A stretch of DNA of 63,762 nt, counting the filler, from Welwitschia mirabilis (taxonomy: Eukaryota): the NCBI GenBank assembly GCA_051453625.1. It is 6 parts of one record of this genome, joined end to end, with 100 filler letters (N's around TTAATTAATTAA, not from the genome) between each part and the next. Parts side by side here need not be neighbours in the genome. Positions count along the whole stretch, not along the records: positions 22,477 to 39,657 come from JBOZIK010000001.1; positions 39,758 to 52,729 come from JBOZIK010000001.1; 4 more parts are not named here. One strand, written 5' to 3'. A program made the position numbers and the translations under genes. The notes beneath the pieces are model-generated. The model was not told where the DNA came from. It made no database searches and saw only the letters and a list, made by a program, of their open reading frames with translations. Shown here in pieces: positions 37,886-51,991 of the stretch; the stretch's first letter is position 1; each line of letters begins with the position of its first letter.

Positions 37886-39657
37886 ATTTCAATTTTCATG
37901 CATTGAAATTTATTTCAGTAGATTAGAGTTACATATTTCTTTCTTGAAATCAACTCTTTATTGTTCATACTATTGGCCTTCGACAGAATTATGACATTTA
38001 GTTCACTCCCGACTATACTAGCATGCTGTATTTTGCATCTTATTTATAATTAATAGAATTGAGATCGAAGAGTAAAACATTGCATAAATATATATCGCAA
38101 CAAATTGGCATCATTACCAGGGAAGGCTGCTTGGAAATACAGAGTTGTTATTGCTTCAGTAGATATTCCAGATGTTTGCTATAGCATTGGTGTATCAATA
38201 CTCTGTAAGTATTTTATTTCAGTTTTAACTTTTTACTAATCACTAACATCCCTTTAGTTATCTAGACGTCACTGTCGGATAACTGTTTCCTTTTCTGCTT
38301 TTCCTCATTCTGTGGTTTTTTGTGTTTTTTACCTTTGTCATCTCAAGTATCATCTGGACAACATATGAGACGACACATAGGATAGCACTAAATTTGAATG
38401 GTAAAAATAGGAAAAGGCAAAAAATACTAGAGAGAGCGACAATTCATTACAGAAAATATCCGAGAAGGTTTACTAAATTTTGAATTTGAAAATCAAAAAA
38501 GCCTAGGTACGCAAACTTTAAATTTTCCTAAAATTTCTGATTTTAATTCTACAAAAGAATTTGATTTTAATTTTGAAGAATTTAATACCATGTCGACCTC
38601 TCATAAAAAAAGCCCTATCTCACCAAATCCACCACCTGTCATTGGAACTATTACTTGTACTCTTTTTCAACCAAATACTCGTGCTACTTTGAGAGATCTC
38701 ATAGCTAGTAAACAACTTAAAATTCAAAACCCCTTTGACTTATCCCCTGGCGATGACATAGAACTCAAAAACCTGAACGCTTATCCTACCTTTAGAGGAG
38801 AGCCTGATGAAGATCCCCTACAACACATCGCAGAAATTGAATAATGCATCCTTACATCTAGCAATGGTAAGAAACGCATAACCAATAGAACTTACATGAT
38901 TATCTTTCCTATGACTCTGCGAGACAAAGCTAAACTTTTGGCTTAGAACAATTCCTCATAAAAGCCTAAAATCTTAAAACCATGTTCAAGAAGCCTTTGT
39001 CAAAAGATTTATGAACGAAACTACCATCCGGAAACGTAAGAAAGAAATTACAAACTTCTAATAGCTACCTAACAAAGACTATGCTTCTTATTATGAAGGA
39101 TTCTTCGTATCTTTACACTCAAATCCAGTAGATTCCTTTTGAGAGGTAGAATTAATAGACTATTTCTATAGTCAGTTAAATAGTCATACTAAATAGCTTG
39201 TAAATTTCTCTTGCAGAGGCAACCTCTTGAACCAAACTCTAGAAGATGCTTGGAAGATATTAGAAGATTTAGTTGAAGTAAGTCAAACCTGTCTAAAACC
39301 CTTATCTAGAGAGAATAGAATAGTAGGCCAAATCATAAAAGACCTCAAAGAAGTTAAACACGAGAAAGCTGCAACCAAAATAAAACATAAACCCACTAGC
39401 GTCATTAAGGACTTTACTTCTACTTTAGAGAAATACAATTAGATAATCCTTGATGCTAAAGTGAAAATTAAGAGGAGTTAACTTACTGGTCCAACTTGTG
39501 ACTTATGCAAGGATAATTATCACATTACAAAAGAATGTACTTTACTCCCTACATGTAAAGAAAGAATTTATGAAGAAGTACGTGCATTGAATCAAGGACC
39601 CTCTAGCTACAATCAAAACTACAACCAAAGATAAGTCCTAAATCACAACTTCCAAAA
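37886..39657 (+). mobile_element. gag: Athila 5' portion: LTR end (to 38102), PBS, leader and degenerate gag (38590-39657)
   Basis: The LTR ends tcgcaaCA at 38102 and is followed by the PBS tggcatcattaccaggga (38106-38123). The gag MSTSHKKSPISPNPP...AYPTFRGEPDEDPLQHIAEIE is colinear with 32638. Confidence 0.9.
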
Positions 39658-39757
39658 NNNNNNNNNNNNNNNNNNNNNNNNNNNNNNNNNNNNNNNNNNN
39701 NTTAATTAATTAANNNNNNNNNNNNNNNNNNNNNNNNNNNNNNNNNNNNNNNNNNNN

Positions 39758-40218
39758 TCACACAATCCTCCAATGTCAAAAGATGACTAAATGAGGCCAA
39801 ATAGGGGTTTTTATAGCTTTCCTAATGTGTTTATGGGTCAGGTAGATTGGTACAGGTGAAGAGGAATCATTAGGCATAAACTAGATCCTAATTGACTCAG
39901 TTAGGAAAACGTTAAGGCACTATCGTATTATTGTCATTATGGGGACGACATAGAACACGACACCCTTTCATTAGCCAATCACAGATCGCCACGTCAGAAT
40001 CCCGTTGCTTTTCGAATTTTCAAGTAAAGGCTATATCATCTCCTGTGTCGTGGGGACGACATATCCCACAACAGTCATGTTAACAGTTCACATCAATGTC
40101 TCCCACATCAGCTTTGCTAGCCTCCTTTGAGTTCATGTCGTGCCTCATGTCATTGGGACGATACATGAGATGACAGTTCTTTTTTTGGGCTTTTCCTTTA
40201 CTTTTTTCTTCATTTTAT
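39758..40218. repeat. Probable LTR fragment of a related gypsy subfamily
   Basis: Carries repeated gtc(g/a)tggggacgac motifs and a tttatag box like the LTR at 600-1100. It is isolated between gaps. Confidence 0.4.
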
Positions 40219-42846
40219 NNNNNNNNNNNNNNNNNNNNNNNNNNNNNNNNNNNNNNNNNNNNNNNNNNNNNNNNNNNNNNNNNNNNNNNNNNNNNNNNNN
40301 NNNNNNNNNNNNNNNNNNNNNNNNNNNNNNNNNNNNNNNNNNNNNNNNNNNNNNNNNNNNNNNNNNNNNNNNNNNNNNNNNNNNNNNNNNNNNNNNNNNN
40401 NNNNNNNNNNNNNNNNNNNNNNNNNNNNNNNNNNNNNNNNNNNNNNNNNNNNNNNNNNNNNNNNNNNNNNNNNNNNNNNNNNNNNNNNNNNNNNNNNNNN
40501 NNNNNNNNNNNNNNNNNNNNNNNNNNNNNNNNNNNNNNNNNNNNNNNNNNNNNNNNNNNNNNNNNNNNNNNNNNNNNNNNNNNNNNNNNNNNNNNNNNNN
40601 NNNNNNNNNNNNNNNNNNNNNNNNNNNNNNNNNNNNNNNNNNNNNNNNNNNNNNNNNNNNNNNNNNNNNNNNNNNNNNNNNNNNNNNNNNNNNNNNNNNN
40701 NNNNNNNNNNNNNNNNNNNNNNNNNNNNNNNNNNNNNNNNNNNNNNNNNNNNNNNNNNNNNNNNNNNNNNNNNNNNNNNNNNNNNNNNNNNNNNNNNNNN
40801 NNNNNNNNNNNNNNNNNNNNNNNNNNNNNNNNNNNNNNNNNNNNNNNNNNNNNNNNNNNNNNNNNNNNNNNNNNNNNNNNNNNNNNNNNNNNNNNNNNNN
40901 NNNNNNNNNNNNNNNNNNNNNNNNNNNNNNNNNNNNNNNNNNNNNNNNNNNNNNNNNNNNNNNNNNNNNNNNNNNNNNNNNNNNNNNNNNNNNNNNNNNN
41001 NNNNNNNNNNNNNNNNNNNNNNNNNNNNNNNNNNNNNNNNNNNNNNNNNNNNNNNNNNNNNNNNNNNATAATTAAATGTGTAGATCAGATCATGATAAAA
41101 TGCCTGGAAATGACTGAATTGAGTTACTGTTCCCTGCAAAACATTACCAATTACACTATTAAAACATGATAATTTGGGATCGCAACAGTCATACACTTAA
41201 ATAGGACTTTCGAAAGAGAATATGAAAAATTACTTTTATAAAGAGAAGAATAACATCTTTTGGAATTTTACTTTAATAGAAATAAAATTAAATAATGCAA
41301 AGATAAAGATGGAATACAATGCAATGGAATGAAATAAAATGCAATGTAATAAATGAAATACTAATATAATGAATTAATTAAACTTCTAATCTATTGTAAC
41401 TTAGATTAGTCCTTATAACCTATTTCAATTACAAATTCATGTCACTTAAATTATGATTAAGATAAGCTATAAGGAAGAACAATAAAACATTTAAAAATAT
41501 TTCAATTCAATAAATACTTTTATTAATGAAGCTAAAGTACATCCACATACAATAACAACTCCTCAATGAAAGATTTACTATCTAACATCAAGATGATCCT
41601 TCTTATAAGTAGGATGGATATCCTTCCCTTTAACAATCTTCAATTATCACAAGAATGTAGATGCAAATGATGATATTTAATAGGGTCTGAAAGGGCCTAT
41701 TTATAGGTTGGGATAGGTTGCTAAAGGGTGTGAAATAAAGAGGTATAAATTAGNNNNNNNNNNNNNNNNNNNNNNNNNNNNNNNNNNNNNNNNNNNNNNN
41801 NNNNNNNNNNNNNNNNNNNNNNNNNNNNNNNNNNNNNNNNNNNNNNNNNNNNNNNNNNNNNNNNNNNNNNNNNNNNNNNNNNNNNNNNNNNNNNNNNNNN
41901 NNNNNNNNNNNNNNNNNNNNNNNNNNNNNNNNNNNNNNNNNNNNNNNNNNNNNNNNNNNNNNNNNNNNNNNNNNNNNNNNNNNNNNNNNNNNNNNNNNNN
42001 NNNNNNNNNNNNNNNNNNNNNNNNNNNNNNNNNNNNNNNNNNNNNNNNNNNNNNNNNNNNNNNNNNNNNNNNNNNNNNNNNNNNNNNNNNNNNNNNNNNN
42101 NNNNNNNNNNNNNNNNNNNNNNNNNNNNNNNNNNNNNNNNNNNNNNNNNNNNNNNNNNNNNNNNNNNNNNNNNNNNNNNNNNNNNNNNNNNNNNNNNNNN
42201 NNNNNNNNNNNNNNNNNNNNNNNNNNNNNNNNNNNNNNNNNNNNNNNNNNNNNNNNNNNNNNNNNNNNNNNNNNNNNNNNNNNNNNNNNNNNNNNNNNNN
42301 NNNNNNNNNNNNNNNNNNNNNNNNNNNNNNNNNNNNNNNNNNNNNNNNNNNNNNNNNNNNNNNNNNNNNNNNNNNNNNNNNNNNNNNNNNNNNNNNNNNN
42401 NNNNNNNNNNNNNNNNNNNNNNNNNNNNNNNNNNNNNNNNNNNNNNNNGATGATCTTCAATAGGGTCTGAAAGGGCCTATTTATAGGTTGGGATAGGTTG
42501 CTAAAGGGTGTGAAATAAAGAGGTATAAATTAGATTCACACTTTCATAATAATTTAATTAACTTTACAAATTATTTTAAGTGTCGTCCCTCGTGTTGTCC
42601 TCATAAAAAATAGGAAGACACCTAGTTTGCAATTAATTCTTAGCATGTGTCAAAAAAGCTGATTATCATCCCAACTATCATCCCCATGAAATAGAGGATG
42701 ATCATACTTTTATGACTTTCATTTCCTCTATCATCCTCATGATAGTCAGATGACTAATATATCTTCATTACTTTTCTTTGATAGATCATTATCTAAAAAT
42801 GAATTTTTATTTGGAATATTATTGCATCTTTTAGCCTATATAAAAG

Positions 42847-43990
42847 TGTTGAGAATCCATTGTCATTGATTAATTTAATGAGTTTTTGTAAGCTAGTATT
42901 TTGTGCAGGTAACTTCCAGCACCAGATAACTGACTTATAAGATCGGGCAAATGAATGATCAAGAACTATAACACTGCTTCAGAAGTGGGTGACCACATAT
43001 GACATACTAGGCAACTGAACTAAGACAATATAAAGAAGACCAGTTTATACATGGGTGACCACCATCCGCACATGGGCAACCACATTTCACTCAGTCAGAT
43101 CGAATCTAATAACAGGATGAGCTACCAAACATATTTCTATGAGCAACCGCATCACACACAGTGATATCTAACCTAGTAGAAAGACAAGCAACTGACAAGA
43201 TTCATAAGGGCGACTACATAACACGCAGTAAGAATCTATCTGATAGTAGTACGAGCGATCATATAATAATTAGTAAAACATGAATTGGATGACTTTAGGC
43301 CGACTGCATAAAATAAGATTGGGTGACTACATCTACAATAAGCAAGGGCGACCGAATGTTAGAATAAGGATGATCAAAGATACTAAAAGATTGATCATGT
43401 GATGAAAAAATATAACCATTATGAACACAATGGTTCATTAGAAAAACCATAATGATTCCTTAGAAGATCGTAATAGTTCATTTCTTCTTAAGGAAATGGT
43501 TACATATTACATCTTAAGTATAAAATCTCTCCTCTAATCAATAGAGGACATTGATACTAACTTGTCAAATCTGAGATGAAATAAGGACTATTATATTTTC
43601 TCCTAGCACATTTGAACATTCTTCAAAGTTTATATTTTTTTGGTACTTACATCATTGCACTTTCTTGATAAGAAGATTGTTGTACCTTAGAGATCACATT
43701 TGTGCATTAGTGCATCCTTCTCTTTATCATTCATTCTTGGTTGAGAATAAGCCATAAAAACCTCATTAGTTATGAAAGGTTATTTGGTGAGCTTGAAAGC
43801 CATTTTTATAAGTAAATATATGCTAGCTAGGACAAGGAGTTTAGAAAGCTGAAGGGTGGTGTTTATCCACCATTAGATACCTTGTTTTAGTATCTTTTTA
43901 TCTTTATTATTTTTGCAGGTCATGAATAACAAGGATACAAAACTTAAAAAGACCTATTCATCCCCCTCTAGGGTTGATCCTCCACTTTCA
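42847..43990 (+). repeat. Copia 5' LTR
   Basis: TGTTGAGAATCC...ctattcatccccctctagggttgatcctccactttCA. Confidence 0.92.
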
Positions 43991-44049
43991 ATTAGTATTA
44001 GAGTAAGATTGAGCGATAGATCCTAACAAATCTCTCTGCTCCACTCATC

Positions 44050-47000
44050 CCTAGAAAATAAGTCAACACACTAAAGGAAACTCTCTCATAAGACCTCCCT
44101 TCTTTGGTGGAATAAATTATGGTTATTGGAAAGTAAATATAAGAGTCTTTGTTCAATCCATTAACTTAGAAATCAGGGAGTCTATTATTAATGAGTATTA
44201 TTCCCCTATAGTGCAGGATCCGGTTATCAAGTTGGCAATTCCAAAAAGCAGGGACAAATGGACAAGAGATGAAAAACAAGTCATAACCTACAACTTCAAA
44301 TGCCTAAATGCTATCTTTAGCGCTATAGATCCAGAAGATTTTGAAAAAGTGGTAAACTGCACCACTACTAAAGAAGCATGGGATATCTTAGAAACTACTC
44401 ATGAACGAACAAATATAGTAAAGAATGCTAAGCTTTAAATGTTGATCACCCAGTTTGAAAACCTAAAGATGGAAGAAAATGAAGGTATAAATAATTTTTT
44501 TGCAAAACTAATAAATATTGTAAATTCTATGCATGGATTAGGTGAATCAATTGAAGAATCAAGAGTGGTTCACAAAGCCTTGAGATCTCTGCCAAAAAGG
44601 TTCAAATTAAAAGTAACCACTCTAGAAAAAAGCAAGGACCTAAACATTATGAAACTAGATGAACTCTAAGGGAACCTTTACACTTTTGAGATAAAATTTA
44701 GAAAGCATAAGAAGAAGAGTATGGTGCTATCTTCCACACATGAAGTTCCTAAAATCAAGGATGGGTCTGACCTAGAACTAGAAAGTGATGATGAAGTAGC
44801 CCTCTTAGCCATAAGATTTAGATGATTTATGCAAATATGGCAAGGTGGAGGTTAGTCTAGGAGACCATCAAAAAGGAAAGATGAAGAACATCATGAGATT
44901 CAATAATATTCCTATAAAGGTTTTCTTCATACTTCAAATGTCTTTTCTAATAATAAAAAGGATGATAAAAGAAAGGGAAAAAAGTCATGTCTACAACATG
45001 AGACGATGATGAAAGTAAAAGTGAACAAAACTTAGATTCAGAATGTGGTGTATCTCTCTCATGACTATCATTAATAAAATGGTATGTTCTACTTCTACAA
45101 TTAATTTAGTCATTAGAGAAGATACACTTAATGATATTAAATTAGAATTATATTTAAAATGCCAAAATCTAGCTCATAGATTGAACAACTTAGAAAATAA
45201 AATAAGATCCTTCTAGATAAGCTTGAGATTAGGAAAAAGGAAGTATGACCTGAAAAATAGTCTTGTATTAACTTTATATAGAGTAAAGAATCAAGCCTCC
45301 AGAAATTCATTTCCTAACTCTTTCAATTCTTATCACTTCTCTTATTTTAAACCCTTGTCTAAGGTAGATTTCAAGAATTCTTTAGTTAATATCACCTGCC
45401 ATTATTACAACAAAAAGGGTCATTCTAAGATTGATTATGTTTTTAGCAAAAGTTGATTTCTACACTCCCTTTTAGGATCTAATCTTACATTTACTAAAAA
45501 ATTTCATCCTGTTAGAAACAGAAATAAATGTCTGAGGTAGATTACGAAGCCATAACTAAAAGCCTATTAATCCAAATGGATTTAAAAGTAACTAATCATT
45601 TGTGTTGGTATTTAGATAGTGGATGCTTGATACATATGACAGGTGACAAATCAAACTTTATTAGCTTTAATGAATACAATGGAGAAGAAGTCACTTTTGG
45701 AGATAATGAAAGAGCTCAAATTGAAGGAATTAGAAGCATTAGTGAAGGTAATTTATCAAATATTTATAATGTTTTATTTATTAATGGATTAAAGCATAAT
45801 TTATTAAGCATTAGTTAGATTTGTGATAAGGGTTATAAAGTCTTTTTCAATGAAAACAAATGTATCATGAAACACGGAAAAATCAATCAACCTCTACTTG
45901 TAATAAATAGACATGAAAATATATTGTGTAAATTAATCGAATAACTCTACATGTCTATCATCTTATAGTCAAGATGACATTATCTGGCATTAGCATTTAG
46001 GTCATATTAGTTTTGACTCTTTAAAAAAATTATGTCGTGATGAGATAGTTAGGGGTCTTCCTAAAATCTTTTTTTTTCTCACAAAGGGTTATGTGATGCT
46101 TATCAAAAGAGAAAACAAATANNNNNNNNNNNNNNNNNNNNNNNNNNNNNNNNNNNNNNNNNNNNNNNNNNNNNNNNNNNNNNNNNNNNNNNNNNNNNNN
46201 NNNNNNNNNNNNNNNNNNNNNAGGGTTATGTGATGCTTATCAAAAGAGAAAACAAATCAGAATATCTCACAAAAGGATCAGTGATGTCACAACTAGAAAA
46301 CCCTTAAAGTTAATTCATATAGATTTATTTGGGCCTATCTAAACTATGATTCTATTTGGAAAAAATTATTTTCTAGTTATAGTTGACGATTTATTTAGAT
46401 TTTTGTGGGTAGCTTTTCTTCATGAAAAATCCAATGCCTATGAAAACTTTGTTAAAATTTGCAAAAAGATTCAAATGAAAAAGTGTTATGTAATAAATAA
46501 AATATAAAACAATCATGGCAAAGATTTTAAAAATGAAATACAACTTAAATGGAATTGGTAATGAATTTTTAGCCCCTAAAACCCCTCAACAAAATGGAAT
46601 AGCTGAAAAGAAAAATCGGTCCTTACTAGATATGACTAAAGTAATGCTAAATGACAAAAACATCCCAAATTGAGTTTGGGTTGAAGTTGTGAACATGACA
46701 TGTCATATATCTAATAGGTTTATTTGAGGCTGGGAACATTTAAAACTCCTTATGAACTTTGGAAAGGTAAAAAACCAAATATATCATATTTTATAACTTT
46801 TGGAAGCAAATGCTTCATTCTAAGAGATAGAGAAGAATTAGCTAAATTTGATGCTAAATTAGATGAAGGNNNNNNNNNNNNNNNNNNNNNNNNNNNNNNN
46901 NNNNNNNNNNNNNNNNNNNNNNNNNNNNNNNNNNNNNNNNNNNNNNNNNNNNNNNNNNNNNNNNNNNNNAAATTAGATGAAGGAATATTTTTAGGATACT

Positions 47001-48829
47001 CTCAATCTAGTAGAGACTATAGAGTTTTTAATAAAAGAACTCTTCATATGGAAGAATCAATTAATGTAAGAATATATGGTATCTCAGATTCTTCAAAATC
47101 CATTAACCTTGATGAAGATCCTTTCCACTCTTGCTCTATTAATCAAATGAATGAAAACTCAAAAGATAGAGTAACTCTAGAAATTAAGGAACTTAAGGAT
47201 CATCCTTTGGATTCTATTATTGGAAATGTTCAGCANNNNNNNNNNNNNNNNNNNNNNNNNNNNNNNNNNNNNNNNNNNNNNNNNNNNNNNNNNNNNNNNN
47301 NNNNNNNNNNNNNNNNNNNNNNNNNNNNNNNNNNNNNNNNNNNNNNNNNNNNNNNNNNNNNNNNNNNNNNNNNNNNNNNNNNNNNNNNNNNNNNNNNNNN
47401 NNNNNNNNNNNNNNNNNNNNNNNNNNNNNNNNNNNNNNNNNNNNNNNNNNNNNNNNNNNNNNNNNNNNNNNNNNNNNNNNNNNNNNNNNNNNNNNNNNNN
47501 NNNNNNNNNNNNNNNNNNNNNNNNNNNNNNNNNNNNNNNNNNNNNNNNNNNNNNNNNNNNNNNNNNNNNNNNNNNNNNNNNNNNNNNNNNNNNNNNNNNN
47601 NNNNNNNNNNNNNNNNNNNNNNNNNNNNNNNNNNNNNNNNNNNNNNNNNNNNNNNNNNNNNNNNNNNNNNNNNNNNNNNNNNNNNNNNNNNNNNNNNNNN
47701 NNNNNNNNNNNNNNNNNNNNNNNNNNNNNNNNNNNNNNNNNNNNNNNNNNNNNNNNNNNNNNNNNNNNNNNNNNNNNNNNNNNNNNNNNNNNNNNNNNNN
47801 NNNNNNNNNNNNNNNNNNNNNNNNNNNNNNNNNNNNNNNNNNNNNNNNNNNNNNNNNNNNNNNNNNNNNNNNNNNNNNNNNNNNNNNNNNNNNNNNNNNN
47901 NNNNNNNNNNNNAGCTTGTTAAATGATTTTGCAAAACTCATGAGTTTTGAATTTGAAATGAGCATGGTTGGACCTGTAAATATGTTTTTGGATTTATAAA
48001 TTTAGCAACACAAATAGGGAATCTTTATCAATCAAAATAAATACTTCTTAAATTTGATTAAAAAGTTTAAACTAGAAAATGCAAAGTGTATGGACACTCT
48101 AATGGCCACAAATATTAAACTTTTTGTAGATGAACATAGCAAAGATGTGGATAAAAAGTATATCATAGTATTATTAGAAGTCTATTATATCTAAGCTAGT
48201 CACCCAGATATATCCTTTAGTGTTGGTTTGTATGCTAAGTATCAAAGAAAACCTAAGGAATTACATCTTACAGTATAAAGAGAATACTTTACTATGTGAA
48301 ATGTACTCTAATTTTGGTTTATAGTTTTCAAATGATACTAATTTAAGCTTAACAGGATATAGCAATGTGGATTGGACTGGATGCAAAGATGATCGCAATA
48401 GCACAAGTGGTGGATGCTTTTTCTTTAGAAATTGTCTCATAGCCTAGTATAGTAAGAAATAATACTCTATATCTCTTTCTACTGCTAAAGCCAGCTAAAT
48501 CATATTGCACTCAGATCTTATGGATGAAAGAGACCTTGAAGGACTATGAGCTGAATATCATGGAAGTGCCAATTCTTTGTGAAAACTCAAGTACCATTTA
48601 GATAGCTTACAATCTAGTTCAACACACTCACATGAAATACATCGATATTAGGTAGCACTTTATTTGTGAATTAGTAGAAAATAAAATAATATCTTTATAA
48701 TATGTTTGAATAGAAAATCAATTAGATAATATTTTTATAAAACCATTATCTTTAGATCAGTTTTCAACCCTGTGCTATTTTTTGGATATCAAGTTTGAAA
48801 AGGACTTACCTTACCTAGCCTCATCTGAA
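44050..48829 (+). pseudogene. gag-pol: Copia gag-pol, degenerate and gapped
   Basis: RPPFFGGINYGYWK; AWDILETTHE; KALRSLPKRF; PR WYLDSGCLIHMTGDK; INT LIHIDLFGP and PQQNGIAEKKNR; RT FEMSMVG; RH GYSNVDWTGCKDDRNSTSGGCF and KYIDIR*HFI. Confidence 0.95.
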
Positions 48830-49400
48830 TAATAATTTTTAGTGAGGGGGTTTAAATATTTACTTTTCATATATATTTGAATCCCCATAAATCTCTTTTT
48901 CCATTATGGTAACCACTTTTCTCTTAAACTTCATAACTATTAGGTTTTCCACTTACTGGATCGACCATATGTTAAGTTGGATCAACCAGTTGAGTCCCAG
49001 TTCTTCTTGTAAAATCTTGTAAAAACTGAGTCAATCAAATAATTTACTTTATTTAACCTCATTCTGATGATTTTTTCTAGTTACATCAGGTCAACCTCTT
49101 CTTTCTTATAGGTCAACCGAGTTTTATTTGGATTTTGTCTATAAAATTTTTCTTTCATAGGATTGATAGCTCAATTATTTAGGTCAACTACCACCTTACT
49201 ATTAGGTTTTTAAAATTTTACATAGGTCAACCAACTGTTCAATCGATTGCTTTCATTTAAGGAGATACACTGTAGATTTTTAAAATCTACTCGTCTTTTG
49301 TTTTGTCTTATCTTTTTTATGCCTCATCTATTATTTTCTGAGTTTTTAAGGAGCTCTTTTCAACTTTTTACATGTGCTTTCTTTTAGATCTGAGCATAAA

Positions 49401-50394
49401 ATGACTTCTTCTTAGTCAAGAGAGGGATCTATAAAGAGAAGAAAGGAAGCTGTAGTTAAACCTCTCAGTTATGTGTTCTCCAGGATGAGCACTAAGCAAC
49501 TGAGACATTATGAGAAGCATTTTGAGACAAGTCTCATTGCATTAGAGAGAACTTGTAAACCCATGTAATTTCTTAGCCTCTGGGAGGTCTAGACTCTATT
49601 AGAAAAAGTGAACTGAGGTTATTTTCTTTATGTTTCTTGCACATGTTACCCTTTGGTTACTAGGTTATTCTATCAAATGCCAGGTATAATGCAGCTCAGT
49701 CTACTTTCATTACCTCCATTTTTGGCTAAGAAATATGCATTACTATAGATCTTATAGCTTCCCTTACTAGCCTTCCAAGAGGGAATTGGAGTGAGTACTA
49801 GCCCATGGTAGAGTCATTTGAAGAGAAGGATGCAACCACTCACCATGTGTATGGCATGCACATTACTTGGAAGAAGATACTCAAAGCTATTCAACTTTTT
49901 TCAAGATTTCTTCTTCTACACCTGATTATGTTAGATAACTTCCTCCTAGTTGCTGGGTATAGAGATGAGATCTCAAACTATTGGGTCTATGTCATATTTA
50001 CACTGGACTAGAGAAGAGACATAGATGCCTCTGCCATCATGCTTAAACATATGGTCAACCAGCTTCAGCTAGATAAACAGCATGCCTTACCCTATCCTTT
50101 CCTCATAACTTGGGTATATCATCACTTCGACATTCTTTATCTCACCAGGCAAGAGATTCAGAAGCCCATGGAGCCTATAGATTGTGGCACACTATTAAGG
50201 ATGCACATTTTTGAAGAACTTGCTACTCCTTCTAGGCCTAAGGCCTTTTAGATCCTAGAAATCCCCCATCTTCTACATCATACAGATTCATAGACTCGTC
50301 ACATCAAAGAGGCCCTGATTATAAGTGGGACTCTAGTTGCTGATACATCTTAGTCTGAGGGTACTAAGTCTTCTGAATCTTCAGAGTCTGACTA
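49401..50394 (+). pseudogene. SIRE env-like ORF, degenerate
   Basis: Lies between pol and the PPT. Translation: MTSS*SREGS...IALERTC...TCYPLVTRLFY...LLHLIMLDNFLLVAGYRDEIS...IDASAIMLKHM...HALPYPFLITWVYHHFDI. Confidence 0.8.
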
Positions 50395-50703
50395 AGCCTT
50401 TATGTATCTTTTTATATCCTCCAGTCTTTTTGTATCCTCCCTATCCTTAATTTCATTAAAAATATAGAGTAAAATTTGTAACATCTTTATCACTTCTTTG
50501 TATTGAAAATTGGTCAAAATATAAATTTCACATATAATGAAATTTTTGAGTAATACAATAATCTTATTTTTATGCAAATTACTTCTAATTTTTTATATAT
50601 ACAAAACTCATTTAAATTTAATCATTTTTAAAGTTAAATGAGTTAATGGGAGAACTCATATGTTAAATTATTATTTTTTCTCAATCAATGATAAAGGGAA
50701 AGT

Positions 50704-51991
50704 TATTGAGAACTCATTGTTATTGATTAATTTAACAAGTTTTTGTAAGTTAGTCTTTTATGCAGGTAACATCTAGTACCAGGCGACCAAATTATATGAT
50801 CAGACAACTGAATGATTAAGAGCTATAACACTGCTTTAAAAGCAGGTGACCACATATGACATATTGAGTGACTGAACTAAGCCAACATAAAGAAGACCAG
50901 TCTAGACATGAGCGACTGTCATCCACACACAGGCAACTGCATTTTACTTAGTCATATTAAATCTAATAGTAGGATAGGCTACCAAACATATTCCTATGGC
51001 AACCGCATCACACACAGTGATATCCAACCTGATAAAAAGATAGGTGACTGAAAAAATTCATACAGGCAACCGCATGACACACAGTAAGAATCTATCTAAT
51101 AGTAGTATGAACAACTGATAGTTTCTATACGAGTGACCACATGACAATCAGTAGAACATGAATCAGGTAACTTCAGGCCAACTACATAAAATGAGATCGG
51201 GTGACTGCATTATATCAGGAATCTCCTTTCATAAGGTTAACTAGGTAAAAATGGTCAGGAGGACCAAGTATTTTTACAAAGGCAACCAAATTTGCATCAT
51301 ATCCTGTACTGAGAAATCTTCAATAAGCAAGGGCAACCAAACATTAAAATAAGGGAGACCACAGTTGTAGTTAACCAAAGATAATAAAAGGTTAACCGTG
51401 TGATGAAAAAATGTAACTGATATAAATAGAATAGTTTATTATAAAAAGTGTAATGGTTCCTTAGAATATCATAATAGTTTATTTCTTCTTGAGGAAATGG
51501 TTACATATCACATCTTAAGTATAAAAGCTCTCCTCTAACCAATAAAGGACACTAATACTAACTTGTCAAATCCAAGATTGATTAATGACTGTTATACTTT
51601 CTTCTAACACATCTAAATATTTTTCAAAATTTAGATTTCTGTTTTACTTATATCATTGCACTTTTTTGAGAAGAAGATTGTTGTACCTTAGATATTACAT
51701 CTGTGCATTAGTGCATCTTTCTTTCTATCATTCATTCTTAGTTAAGGATAAGCCATAAAATCCTCATTGGTTGCGAAAGGTTATTTTATGAGCTTGAAAA
51801 CCATTCTTATGAGTAAATATATGCCAGCTAGGACAAGGAGTCTAAAAAGCTAAAGGGTGGTATCTATTCACCATTAAATACCTTGTTTTAGTACCTCTTT
51901 ATCTTTATTGTTTTTGTAAGTTGTGAACAACAAGGAGACAGAACTTAAAAAGACCTATTCACTCCCCTCTAGGATTGATCCTTTACTTTGA
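50704..51991 (+). repeat. Copia 3' LTR (termini mutated to TA...GA; carries an extra block of about 100 bp near 51215-51320)
   Basis: Colinear with 42847-43990 and followed by the TSD. Confidence 0.92.

Larger units (their letters stand above)
42847..51991 (+). mobile_element. Full-length degenerate SIRE-type Ty1/copia LTR retrotransposon with env-like ORF
   Basis: LTRs at 42847-43990 and 50704-51991; 5-bp TSD AAAAG at 42842-42846 and 51992-51996; decayed Met PBS tagtattagagt; PPT gataaagggaaag; gag-PR-INT-RT-RH order. Confidence 0.93.

Noticed and set aside
41680..42533. Identical sequence on both sides of gaps (41680-41753 / 42460-42533; also near 46085/46222 and 46856/46970)
   Set aside because: Exact gap-flanking repeats are typical unmerged contig overlaps.
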